Below are positions 22,630 to 36,600 of a stretch of DNA of 64,000 nt, piece by piece. The notes under the pieces were generated by a model. That model saw only the letters and a program-made list of their open reading frames with translations. It was not told the DNA's origin and made no database searches. The translations under genes were made by a program, and so were the position numbers. Where the stretch lies: contig NC_043008.1 of NCBI RefSeq assembly GCF_006345805.1, positions 33,604,001 through 33,668,000 of the forward strand. The letters are read 5' to 3'. Every line of letters begins with the position of its first letter. Positions within the stretch are counted from its first letter, which is position 1. The DNA is from Octopus sinensis (Eukaryota).

Positions 22630-24594
22630 GTAAGATATTAAAATTGTTATATTTATCCTATTAAAGTTCGACCTTATATTAATAGCATTTAAACCAGTTT
22701 TGGCTCATGTTTTGTTGAAAATTATAGCCACGTAAATACAGTAAAGCCACCAAATTGGATAGATATTAAACGGGCAGTTTTAAAGTCTTTCTTTAATCAG
22801 AAACATAAATAACCTTGCGTTTCTTTTGCATTCTGAGTTCAGTTATCGCCATGGTGACTCTTTTCAGCCTTCCAGGGTCGTGTAAATCCCCGCCTCTCAG
22901 TACCAGTGAAATACTGGTGAAGTCCATGAAATTGTTTTTACTCCGGCCTTGCCTCTTACGTTTAAAATCTTTGTATTCGTGTATATATATATAGTAAGAC
23001 TTTTTGTAAATCTCGGCATTTTTTCTTCTATATTAACTACCGCCCTTTCAAAATATTTTGGGATTTCTAATATATACCAGTGTATGGGATATTGGGATGA
23101 TTAATTTGGTATCTTCGAATTTCCCAACCATCTTATGTTTGGATACTCTGCTGGGAACTGTCAACTAGACAGAGGTAGCAATTTTTATTAATAATTTATC
23201 GATCTCATTCATTAGTGACTTAAATGTATGTAACGCATGTGTGGTTATTTCTTTTCCTGTATGTATATCCACCTAAGGTTATTAAAATGTAGAACATTGA
23301 CTTAGCAGTATTCTTTCGTTACGAAAGAGTACCTACTTAGCCAGTCTCGGCCAACAAGGGAACTCGCTCGCCCATTTGCACGATCGCTTAACTGGCTAGA
23401 AATAGCAGTCAGATTTCTTACAAATATCACACCCGTTTTAAATAATGACGAATACGTTAGATTATAATAGTTTCTGATGTAGAAAAAAAAAAACAGGTGG
23501 TTATATTGAAATGCCTTTGATCGTGGGGAAAACTACTAACATTAAATGGACTACAATGGAATCTGTTCATTTGCTCGCATGTTCAGAAAATAGTAGCCAA
23601 ATCACGACCATTAAGTCTTGGAAAAAGAAAAAAAAAAAAATGAAAATTGATACCGTAATGATACTGTCTGAAAAAAGGCACTTGGTTACGGCTGGAACGT
23701 CTGTTCTATCAGGGCAACAAGTTATTTAGAGATTTCAAATGATTGCAGTTTGAAAAGATTTTTTTGATGTTTCTGATAAACTGTCGTTTAGAAGCCGCCC
23801 ATTTAATCTTGACTGATTTTTAAAGAAAATGTGCTGGCTGCATTATTTCTGCAAAAATTGGGCTACTAAACATGTCATTTAAATGATTGAATTTTGAAAA
23901 ATCAAAACATTTTCTTGTATTTTGCTTAAAATTTTTTTTTTATCTAGAGCAAGCAAATCTTACGTAAAGCAGTGAACCGGCCCTAAATGTCTAATTTAAA
24001 ATTGGATCAATTTTAGAATTGTGGCAGTTTTTTTCCCTACGCCAGCCCACATGGAGGAGACCTATTGTTAAAACGCGTTTCGGCTTTGAACAATCTTTAT
24101 TTTATCTTTCAGAGTGTGATTTGAGGGAGTTGACTACTGTTTCTTATCAGGTTGTCACGTATTAGATGATATGAAATATTAGTAATGACTGAATTGGTTT
24201 GGAGGTGTGTATGTGTTGTGATACTTGGCTTCAGAAGAATTTTAACAGGGGATTCAAAGTTTTTCTTTTCGAGGGCTAACTTTCTCACCTGTATATGCTG
24301 GTTTTCAATTACTACATTTTCTGCGATTTCAAATCCCCGGTATTAATCCTATGTATACTCCTTGCACCCTGCTTATAGATAATGCTTGTGTGTGTGTGTG
24401 TGTATATTTTAAAAATTTGCTTACGGGGAAACCTTTTGAATATGCAAATAAAGCTATTCTATCATGCCCGTTACAGTAATTAATGCTGGCTGGTGAACCA
24501 GCTTTTTGGGACTGTAACAATATAATGTAGGCTATAGTAGTTATAACAATAATTCTTGGATGGAATTAATATATATATTGATGCAATGCTACGC

Positions 24595-24633
<39 letters not shown>

Positions 24634-27600
24634 CAACAAAATTTTACATCTTGGACATAGTTACCCAAGGTTTCGCATCCACATTCTTTAGAGTGTGCTT
24701 CTTTCTGATATGCTTTTATTAACTAATATATTTTTTCTATGTTCGCATGGTACGGACACACCTTACAGGAAATATTTCCACCTGTGCTTTAGGTACTTCT
24801 AAATCCGTGAAAATTATATAGCTATCAATCTTCCTAAATTCACTGCAACCCCTTGTAAATCGATTGACCAACGGTGTTAGTTTTAAAAAACCCTCAATCT
24901 TTAAAAATGCTTTAGAGTTACTCAGCTTAGTTCATCAGACGAGTAACGGACAAATGTTAAATGCAGCAGAAACTTAATTATTCACAATAAATCATAATTT
25001 TATGAAATTTACCGCAGATTGTTAGATTTCAGGATGTAAATAAGAAATTTGTGAGACTGGTAAATAGGAGTGTAAAGTATATAAATATTTGGTAAAGATT
25101 GAAACTAATATCGAAACGACAATCCAAGATATTACATTAGCAAATGTTATTTAAAAAAAAAATCTTTTTAAGACTGTGATTTCAGGGAAATTCTATGATT
25201 GGTATGGCAGCATTATAGTCAACAGTTATAACGATAAAATATATCTTAGAAGTAATCAGAGGTATTAAATTGCTGGACCAAGTAATGAAAGTTAGTTGTA
25301 GTGCAACTAATAAGGGAAAAGTTAAATGAAATGAGATGCAGTTTGGGTTAATATTTTAGCTGAAAGTAAACAGCTGTATTTGACTATTGTTGACTTGGAG
25401 AACACCTTCAACAATTGTCTGCTCTTTGAATTGTTGGTTGCTGCAGAAGTTAATAGACAACTGGCTGGTGAGTGTCCTTCAAGTTGTGTGCAGAGGTGCT
25501 GTCCTTAAGGTGAGAGTAATGAGGTATTTCACTAGGTTCAGCTGTCAATCCCTTTCTATTTATCACAGTCCTAACCATAACTGAGTTTAAGATTGGTTGC
25601 CTGTTGGAACTCCTCCATGCAGGTATGGCAGCACCATCTATCATCTCCTTCCCTGTTTACCATTTACTACATTCACCTCTATTCCCATTTCTAACCATCT
25701 GTTACTCTTCTTTCACACTCTTGCAAACCTACCTGTCCAACCATCCTTAATTCACCGTCTCTATTTTCTTTTTATCCATCTTGTACTTCTCATTTCTGCC
25801 ACCCATCTCCCAATTGCATCTATTCTACAGCAAGACACCTGTTCTTGTCCTATATATATTTTAGCTTTTCATCACTTAGAACAAAACCACCTCCCTCAAT
25901 ACTGCACTTCCACCTAAGTGAAGGGTCTTGTCTTGCAAGTTTTGGTAACCTCACAAACTAGTTCTCAATAGACTCTGTAAAGTAGCTGACATTAGAGTGT
26001 CCAGTTGTAGAAAGCATGTCAAAAGCTGATATTGGTACTCGACTCAGTCCCTAGACTCTTTGAATATTGCCAATCCAGCCAACCCGTGCTAGTATGGAAA
26101 ACAGTTGTTAAATAAGTCATTTTGTTGACAGTACTAAATGATAATTTGTCTACTTCAGAACTGCATTGTTCTGTATTTTAATGCTTATTCTTACCCAATT
26201 AACCCTATATGTCACTCTAGGACAGTAGTTCTCAAATTTTTGCTCTTCAGTGCCATTTATTGAATAGCATTTTACAATTTCCCTTTCCCCATATTTGCCC
26301 CCCCCCCCCAGCTTATGATTCTTATTTTGTTACACTAAGCCATTCATGGGCAAACTGCAGCCTGTAGGACTTTCTGAATGACTTACCTAATGAAAAATTA
26401 CTTTAAACATTTTCATTAGTGCTGCTTGCCTGATACTGAGGCATGTGTCATGCGGTTTATTCAGAAAAGTTACCCATGACTGTACTATACCATTCAGCAT
26501 GTTCCTCCTTTGAGATGTTTGTTCCGAGGGGAAATTTTTGTGGAAAATAAGTAGGCAAGGACTTGTATGATGAAATTGTATTGGATCTTAGCACATAATC
26601 AGTCATTATTTCTATTCGCTGATAAGTGTTCTCTTCATATTCTAATCCCCACAAATATTTTCTGGAAAATATGTTTAAAAAATAAGTATTGTAACTTGTA
26701 AGAACCACATTCTACTTATTTTATCAATGTTTATTTATAGAATGGCTGTCAACTTTAAGCACATCAACACTCATGCACGTGTGTGCATACAGTGGTTTTG
26801 CAGTATCTTTTTGGTCAGATGACAATACCATTTATATGTAGGATGTTATTTCCATTTCATACTGTACATCAGTCCATCCAAGGGTGGTTCTTGTAGCATA
26901 TCTGATTTTCTGTGAGAAGAGGTTGTTAGCTTCTAGCACAACTCTTCAGCTTTTGGAGAAAAGAACTCTGAGTGGTCCCCCATGCCCTTGCTCACATTGC
27001 AACGTAGTTGATTCTGAGAAATAATTAACTCCAGTACCTAACTGGTATTGTATTTATTGAGCCTATTCTCCTAGAAGGGTGAAAAGTAAGGTTAATTTGG
27101 AATCTGTACAGTGAGCTGGAACTGCGTCATTAAATCATATGCCCTAACTCTGGCAGTGTGTGTGTGAAACGAGTTTACTATTGAGTAAAAATTGAGTTTG
27201 TCTTGATGTGTTTCGAGATTTTTGATCCTCACTGCTGTACAAACGTGTATGCAAAAGCAATGTTGGAGAGAAGAGAACCAAAAAACTTTAAATAAACTGA
27301 AAACAATGATTTTTACTGGCTTGAAACTGGTGGCCACTTGACATAAGTATTGTATCTCTCAGCACTGAAGATATACTGGTATTTTGAATAAAAAATGTTA
27401 AAAAATTAACCAAAATCAAGGTTTCTCCATACTTTATTTACTTGGATGTTTTCTGTTTCATAGTGAACAACATATGGATCCTGTTAATCAACTTACTGTC
27501 TGCATTTTGTCTCATATATAGACATGAATATAGATAAATCTCCTCTGGGGTTAAAACTGGTTAATGAAAATCTTAACCTTCATTGTAAGAAGGTTATGGA

Positions 27601-30600
27601 CCTACTTCAACAGAGAAACTTAATACAGGATTGTTTATTAGGTATATGAAAGCTTGTTGCAAGTTTTCATAACTGGTTTTAAATTGGTGAGAATTTCTTC
27701 GGAGATTCTCAGATCATCTTTGTGAAACATATGTTTAGTTCTAATGTCGGTTGGAAAATGGGCATTGTATACATCTATTGAATCATCTGAGATATTTGGA
27801 GTTTTTCATTGTTGTTTAACCCCAGGCTAACTTTGTCAATGTAGACCTATGATTAAAGGTTTTTCCAATTGTGACCATATCTTTTTGCAATAACAGGAAC
27901 AATCAAGATAAGAGGGTATTTTAATTGCCATTTCTGGCTGGCTGAAAAATTATGTAGAGGCACTCACATTGACTCTGTTATTGACGTCTAGTTTCCATAC
28001 TGTTGGTGCTTACTGGAGTAGAATGAGCAGTCTCTTTTATAGTATTGCTCAGGAAATAGAAAACATGTCTGAGTTTCATTTGCATCGTTGTAAGAAGGCA
28101 AATCGTGTAATTTGTTGGGGATTGGGGCTACTTAATGTTTTCTGTATTGAAATTACTGGATTCATGTTTAACTGGAAAAGGTTAACTAAATCACCTTTTT
28201 CTTTCCTTTTTTTGTAAGGTGTGGGCATTGCAAAAGGTTGGCTCCTGAATATGATAAAGCAGCATCAGTATTAAAAAATAATGATCCACCAGTACCATTA
28301 GCTAAGGTAAGTTTCTTGTTAGTTTAACTCTTTTCATACTTGTTCACCGAGACAGCCTTGTATTATACAAAAATTCATTGTAAAATGGTTCATACTTAAC
28401 CCTTTAGCATTTAAATCATCCATATCTGGCTTAAATATTCTATCTTGTTCTATGTCTAAACTGACCAGATCTGACTTCTCACACCTATCCTACAATGTCA
28501 TTCTGAATATATACAACCACATCATTGAAATTTCAAAGCTACAAGCTAATGCATAGTTAATTCAAAACAATGTGAATGAATAAGTATTTCATTTGACAAA
28601 GTAATCTGGATGCTAAAGGGTTAATTTAAAACCTATCAATTTTTTGGAAGAAATTTAAGTTACATTCTAAACATAACGTTTATTTTGCTAAATCCCATAA
28701 AATTGTTAATTTCAAAATAAATTAGGATACATAGGCAGCATATTTCATTAGAAGTATGAACATGAAATTGCTATTACTTTCCTGAAAACTTAGCAAATCC
28801 TTTCTGGTAAATCCATTTATTTTTCAACTAGGATTGCTCAGACTATCTTTTTCTACATCAGACTATCTTTTTCTACGGTTCAACTGGGGTCTGAGGAGCC
28901 TGAAGGCTGCACCAGGCCAGTCAGATCTGGCAGTGTTTCTGCAGCTGGATGCCCTTCCTAACGCCAACCACTCCGAGAGTGTAGTGGGTGATTTTATGTG
29001 CCAGATGAGGCTGGCGAACGGCCACGCTCGGATGGTGTTTTTTTTTTTTATGTGCCACCGACACAGTGCCAGACGAGGCTGGCAGACGGCCACGCTCAGA
29101 TGGTGTTTTTATGTGCCACCGACACAGGTGCCAGATGAGGCTGGCGAACGGCCACGATCGGATGGTGTTTGTTACGTGCCCACAGCACGGAGGCCAGTCG
29201 ATGCGGTACTGGCTATCTTGATCCTATTTAACATTTAGTATAAACCATAACATGAACAAAGGAAAATAAAGAATAAAATTTAGTAGTTGAATATGTGCTT
29301 TATTATATCATTTATCTAGGTTGATTGTACTGCTGAGTCAAACACCTGCCAGGAGTATGGGGTATCAGGGTACCCTACTTTAAAAATTTTCCGGAAAGGA
29401 GAATTTTCTGAAGAGTATAATGGACCTCGAGAAGCAGGTAAATGTTATTTTTAATCCTTTAGCATTTAAGCTGGCCACATCTGGCCCAAATATCCTGTTT
29501 TATGTTCAAAAATAAATCGAGATGGTGACTGCACTCCAGAAATAAGACAGCGGATAGTACTAGGCAGAGAGGCAATGGTCAGCATGAGCAGGGTCTGGAA
29601 GAGTAGAAACATCAGACTTGCTACCAAATTTAGATTAGTGAATGCAATTGTCTTCCCAATAGCAACATATGGATGTGAGACTTGGACACTAAAGAAAGCT
29701 GACCAGAAGAGAATTAATGCATTCGAGCTTTGGTGTTGAAGACTTTTATGGATTCCATGGACAGCGAGGCTCACCAATAGAGAAGTTCTTAAGCAGATCA
29801 GGCCGAAAATGTCGCTAGAAGCTAGGATCACCAAGCATAGATTGGCATATTTCGGTCATATTATGCGGAGAAGATCCCTAGAGAAGGACATCATGCTTGG
29901 AATGGTCAGAGGCAAGAGAGGAAGAGGCCGACCAAGAACCCGCTGGCTTGACACCATCAAGAGTGATACCGGAATGGACATAGCCAGTCTGAAAGAAGTG
30001 GCCCAGGATAGAACTGACTGGAGGACACTGATCCAACGAGTAACCGAGAGTCGACTTCGACTGAGCGGATAGATAGATAGATGTTCAAACTGGCCAGAGC
30101 CAGTCTTTCACATGTCATTCTAAAAATAAATCATATCATCAGAATCTTGAGGCTACGAGATAATGCACGATTAACTCAAAAAGCCAATTTGAATATTACA
30201 TTTGACAAATTAATCTGAAGGCTAAAAGGTTAAATCATTTTGCAGCTTGGCTTCTCCACTGCTAGCATTTACTGAATAAAGGGTTCTTGTATTTTTGATA
30301 GCACTGTAGCTTAATTTCTCTATCTACTTTTGAATGAATGAAGTTTTTCTGCTTCCCACAATCTGCCTGACTGACAAATTCCAATCGATCTTGATAGTTA
30401 TTTTTTTTTTACCACTGTTCTCACTTTGAAGATAACTACTTTTAAACATTTATAATTTATAGATTTTTAAATGGTTTCATAAAGCAATTATTTATTTTAC
30501 CATTGTTTAGGAATAAAAGTTCTGTTCAAATCTGGGAAGGTGCTATCTTTGCAACCAAGGATATGACACCTGATGGTGATCAGAACATAGTGTGGATGTA

Positions 30601-33600
30601 AATATTAAAATTTTAAAAATTCATCTTTAAAGATAAAATTAATAATCTGAAAATCTTATTGATTCATCTCAGATATTAAGATATCTGCTACAAAAGAAAT
30701 CTGGAATTGGTTTATGCAAAAGATTTGCAATTATCCATTTCAGGATATACTTTGGTCTTGTAAAAATTAAAGGAAAAACTGGAAACTTAATTTTTGGAAA
30801 CAATGATGTAATTTAGTGCACTACCTCACTAAATTCACAATTGAATAACATTTCTTCAAAAGTTAAACTTTGAGTCTGAAATCTTGATTACTTTCAAATG
30901 GCAATTTTGTCATCTAGCTCAATGCCAAGTATGTTTTAGCTGTTTTCTCCACTGACTTATTGATTTAATGTTGGTTTGGGTAAAATGTCAATATAATAGC
31001 ATGTTTCCAAACAGTCTGGTTCAAATTCTATATATAAAAATCTTGCCATTACATTTTCTTTGTATATACTTTTTATCACCTGGATCCATAAGTCAACTGA
31101 GTCTATGTGGTTACTCAAATTCTTAAAAATAGCATCAAAGAAAGGAAGTCCTGATAAGGTGGTCCAGATTTACTCTCAAAAAAAAAAAGTCATACCTGGA
31201 AGTGGATCACAGGTCTGATTAGAGCTGACTGAGAGCTAAAAAAAACTTTCTCATTGACCACCTATTGCATGTTGATACATTTTCAAGACACTTGGAATCA
31301 ATTTATCTGAATCTACACTTAAAATTCCATATTTGCAGCTCTATAGTCCTGAACTACATTGCACATCTAATTTTGACATTTAAGGATTGCTGTCTGCTTC
31401 ATTTTAATTCACACCAATGATGTTGACATGATATCATTTCCATTTACTTCTCTAGAAATTTCCAGTTACAAGTAGCATCAGCTTATAAGATTGACTAATA
31501 TATTGATCATTTGTGTGACCGTATTCTAGCATGTATATTATGGTTTTATGTCATTTTTTTTTTGGTTATTAGTATTTTTGCCTCTTCAAAAACATACAAT
31601 ACTGTCCAAACAGAAGATTGCTCTGCAGTAACATTACTGGAGCTTTTCCTTTTCATGGGCAGCTCAATTAATTGATTTTCTTTTAACTAAATACTTTGAA
31701 ACTTCATATATTGGTAGAATGTGTCATATAGAACATCCTTTACTCTTAGTGTTGTTGAGAAAAGTTTCTATTTTCAAAATTATTTCGTGTTAAAGTTGTC
31801 GTATTTCAGTAATTTCAACCAATGATGTGTATTCAGCTGAATAAAATTACTGCTGTTGTTTGTCAACAACTTCCAGCGGTGTATATTTCATTTGTCACTG
31901 TTATGACATATTTCATCTCAGTTATGTTTGTATGAATAAATGAGTGTATCTGAAGCATGTTTATTTCATGACACCACCATAATCATTTGTGCACTTTTAC
32001 TGCTTTTAGGTTTTTTTTCCTGTTTTTCAGCTATTTCAGAAAGACTTCCCCCATTTTCTTGCAAATTGTTTTTTAATTTTCTTTTGCCAAAAACCTAGCT
32101 TTTCGGATTGAGATTCCGGAAAATTGCCAAAAATCGGAATTTCGACTTCCCTTCTAGCTGTACATGAATAAGAGTATAGCATGTTTGCTTCATTGTTATT
32201 GAAAGCAATTTTGTTTTTGGTATGCAATGAATTCTTTTCAAAGGAACTATAGGTTAGCCTTAAATAGTCACATGATCAAAAATATTTCAGTTTTGTCATT
32301 TTGTTTTGGTGTATATCCAGGTTTACATTATTCAGTGTGTAATTTTTAAGATAGCAATTTGAAGATTTGACTGGTATTTCTAGCAGGAGTAGAAGAGTAA
32401 ATTGCAAGTGTAGGGGAATGCATTTGTGTTTTACAACTTCATCATTCAATATCTGCTTTCTATGCTGGCATGGGTTGGGCGGTTTGACTGAGGATAGTAA
32501 ATTATTTTGGTCCTGGCCAAACCAAAGCCTTGTGGGTGGATTTGGTAGATAGAAACTGAAAGAAGTCTGCCGTGTTCCCTTGTCTCGACATGGTTACACA
32601 CAGGAAACACTTTGTAGATAAGCATTGCCATCAACATATAATTAGGATGTTGAATTATATAATCTTTGACTGCTCCTGCATTTCTATTTGCAATGTCTGT
32701 AAAACCTTTTTACAGAAGCATCTCATTGTTAATCTAAACGGAAAAAAATATTCTAGATTTTGTTTTTAAAGAAAGTTACAATCATTATATTGATGATTTT
32801 TGTAATGTTGACTGATAAATTGTGTACCTTTTGTTACAGATGGTATTGTAAAGTATATGAAGTCCAAAGCAGGTCCTTCTTCTAAGACCTTATACACTAC
32901 CGAAGATGCAGAAAAAATTACATCCTCTCAAGATTTTGCAGTAGTTGGTAAGGAAGTCCTTTACATTTGCACTGTATTTTAGATTTTTGACTTTATTAAT
33001 AAAGTTGCACCAATGATGTTTCCTTACTCATTTGATTTTTTTACAAATTATGATAATAATTAGTCCTGAGGTGTAACTTGAATTCTGTTTCTAATTTTTT
33101 GTTTCTAAAAAATTTTCAGATTCTGTTTTAAATAAGTTTAATATTTTCCTGAACTATAGGTGCAGGCTTGGCTGTGTAAGAAGCTTACTTCCCAATCATG
33201 TGGTCTTAAGTTTAGTCCCACTGCATGACCCTTAAGCAAGTGTCTTCTACTATAGCCTTTGTCTGACCAAAGCCCTGTGAGTAGATTTGGTGGATGGAAA
33301 CTGAAAGAAACTTGTTATATGTTGTTGTGTGTGTGTGTCTGTGTACCCTTGTATCACATGGTTGTAAATGAGCATCACCCTCATACATGTGAGGTTGTTC
33401 ATTACTGCTCATTTCATGTCTAGCTATGGACAATTATTACCTTGCTTGGAGACAAGTGAGAGTTGGCAACAAGAAGGGCATGCCATCTGGTTCTAGAATA
33501 TCTCTTCTCAGTAACATCTGTTTGTTCCATGCAAGCATGGAAAAGTGGATGTTAAATGATTTTTTAAATTTAAATTCTAACAAGTTTTAATTTTTCTTAG

Positions 33601-36600
33601 ATACAAGGCATCCTTTGTAAGAGAGTGAATATAGTGAATTGATTCTCAGAATATTATTTTTATTCATTGTGGGATGACTGAAAGGTAGTTGGTTTTAATT
33701 TAATTCGAATTTAGGATGATGTAAACCTGATCTGATAAGTTTGAAAACAGTGGAAAAGATTTTTTATTCTTCCATAGGAATAAGTTCTAGCTGAGACCTG
33801 TATATTCCATTGATCAATAATCCAATATTGGAAGTAGCTCTTGCAATAATTAAGTTCACTGTTTTAGATTTAATCCATTGAAATAAAAGTATTTGGTCAT
33901 TTAAGGGATAAAAGTTTAAATCTTCAACTCTTGATGTATCTAACTATGAGCATTAAATTTGAATTTCACATAACCATTTTGTGTTATGTTGCTAAAATTG
34001 TAAAAAGTGAATCATTATTTTTTTAAAATAGTTCTTGTTTGTCAGGGATTACCAATATCAACAAGTGATTTTACCAATTCAGGGAATGAAAAAAGGAAAC
34101 TTATTGTGGTGAAATATATACACACGTATAGCTATAGATACATATTTGTGATGGTATTTATCTTACTGTCATAGCCAACTCATTGAGCTGAAGATGTCAT
34201 GAACAAATTTTGCTGATTTTTATCTTGCTGCCATACTGGGATAGATTTAAAGTCAGACAATTCTTTGGTCTGTAAATCAAAATTTTCCCTTGATCACTTG
34301 AAATCACTCGTAGGCAAACTCTGGTCTGTAGAACTTTCTGACTGGCATCCTAATTAAAAATTAGTTTGTATTCTTTTATTAGTGCAGTCCACTTGATGAT
34401 TAGCTAAGTCACATGTAGTCCATTTTGTATAAAACAAAAAAATTGTTGATGCACAGGTGCAGGCATAGCTGTGTGGTAAGAAGCTTACTCCCCAATCGCA
34501 TGTTTCTGGGTTCGGTCCCACAGCATGACGCCTTGTGCAAGTGTCTTCTACTATAGCCTCAGGCCGACCAAAACCTTGTGGATGAATTTTGTAGATGGAA
34601 ACTGAAAGAAGCCCATCGTGTATGTATATATAATGTGTGTTCCCCCCACACACACACACACACCATCACTTGACATCCTGTGTTGGTGTGTTTGTGTCTC
34701 TGTAACTTAGCAGTTTGGCAAAACTGACTGATAGATTAAGTACTAGGCTTACAAAGAATGTCCTGAGGTCGATTTCTTTGATTAAAGGCAGTGCGCCAGC
34801 ATGGCCGCAGTCAAATAACTGAAACAAGTAAAAGAATAAAAGAATGCCTGCCTGAAATCAAGTTTTCAGCTTCTTAGCGCAGTCAGATAAATGGAAGTAT
34901 GGATGAAGGCTTCAAGAAGATGCATGTTTAAACCTGTGATGATAGAGTTTTGGGTATAGATAATATCTTGGAAATGATTAAGTTGTATTTAATCAATAAG
35001 GTGAAAACATTAAATACCAGTTACCATACATGTTTTTAAACTCTTACATTTACCTTGTATGAATTTGAGATTGACAAAAAGAATATTAGTAATTTTTTGT
35101 ATAAAATTCAGAATGAATTGGGAATGATCACTTAAGTATGGGTGCTTACTGTGTTTGGGGCCTGGCAACTGTAGCCAAACCTAAAGTAAATTTAGTTTCT
35201 TTTTTCTGAAGTTCAATGGATTATTTTGAGGGGAAAATTTTATATCTGCAATTGTGAGTCTAATCAGTTCACTTGGTACGAAAATTTATTTAACTCTGAA
35301 AAATCTATTGTGATACTAAAACTGACAGTGACAATAGTTCTGTGTATTCATTCCTTAAAATGCTGCTGAGGTTCTCATTTTTGTGGAGATAAATCTTTTT
35401 TTGCAGTAAAATAAACACACACACAAACAAAAGATGGAAACATATGACCATATACATACACTCCATACACATGGAAATACACACCCATACATAAAGGTGC
35501 GTATAGACATACTGAAACACGCACACACAAACATGAATATGCAGAAAACATACATGCATATACACACATGTATACATGCATACAAAAGGAATGCAGTTCC
35601 AATAACAGATAGTCAACATCCATTGACAAGGTTGCAAAAGCAACAAAAATTTGGAGTTTAAAAAAATATAAATAATGAATGGAAACTGAATTGGTGAGTG
35701 TATTACATATTAAGGCAGTATGATTCTCCCCAGACAACAAAAATAATCATTAAAAAACCTTCAGCTATTTTTGATATTAAACATAACTCTATTTTGGCAA
35801 TGCCATCTATCATTTTGGATGATAGGGGAATCAATGGCAAGAAACATTAAAATGTTTCTAAGCTCAATCTAATAGAGCGTTTGAAAGCAAAGCATTTAAT
35901 TTGTATTTAATACTTAATATAAAAACTGTATGTGTGCATGTTATCCTGAGTCTTGCAGTTTAATGATAAAAAAGGTGAAATTCTTTTGTATATTTTTACT
36001 GTTTTATATTATTTATTTACATATATCTATATTTGTTTAATTCAGGTTTCTTTTCTAGTGAAAGTGAGATGTCAAAAACTTTCCAGAAAGTGGCTGATTC
36101 TTTAAGTTCTGAATTCAAATTTGCACATACATTTGAAAGTTCAATATTAGATGAATATGGCTTTAAAGAGTAAGTTGCTATTCAGACAGAAAATTCAGTT
36201 TAAGATTGTTTTCTAACATTGAGAAAAGTCCCTTGATAATGTAAATGCTGTGAGGAATTTTCCTTTGTAATAATCACCTGTACTCTTTTAAAATTGGCAA
36301 TTTTAAAATAATTCAACTTTTTTAGAAACTTTTTAATGAATTTATTATAGAATCTTATATTGAATATTTGTTCAGTCCATGTGCATTAGGCATGTTTATG
36401 GCTAACCATTTATGTAATTTCATATCAAATATGTTGAGTTATCAAGGAGATTTTACATGTTTTCTTGATATAGCAACTAAATCTCCCTAAAATTACACCT
36501 AACCTCCTTAAGAGAAAAGCCACATTGGATAATGTAATCCTAAATACTTCTAAACTCATAAGATGATCCTTATAGGAATACTTTTAGTCATAGTTGTAAT

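Noticed and set aside
24062-24115. GCCGAAACGCGT hammerhead-like half motif (- strand)
   Set aside because: No recognisable core or stem II; at most a decayed remnant.
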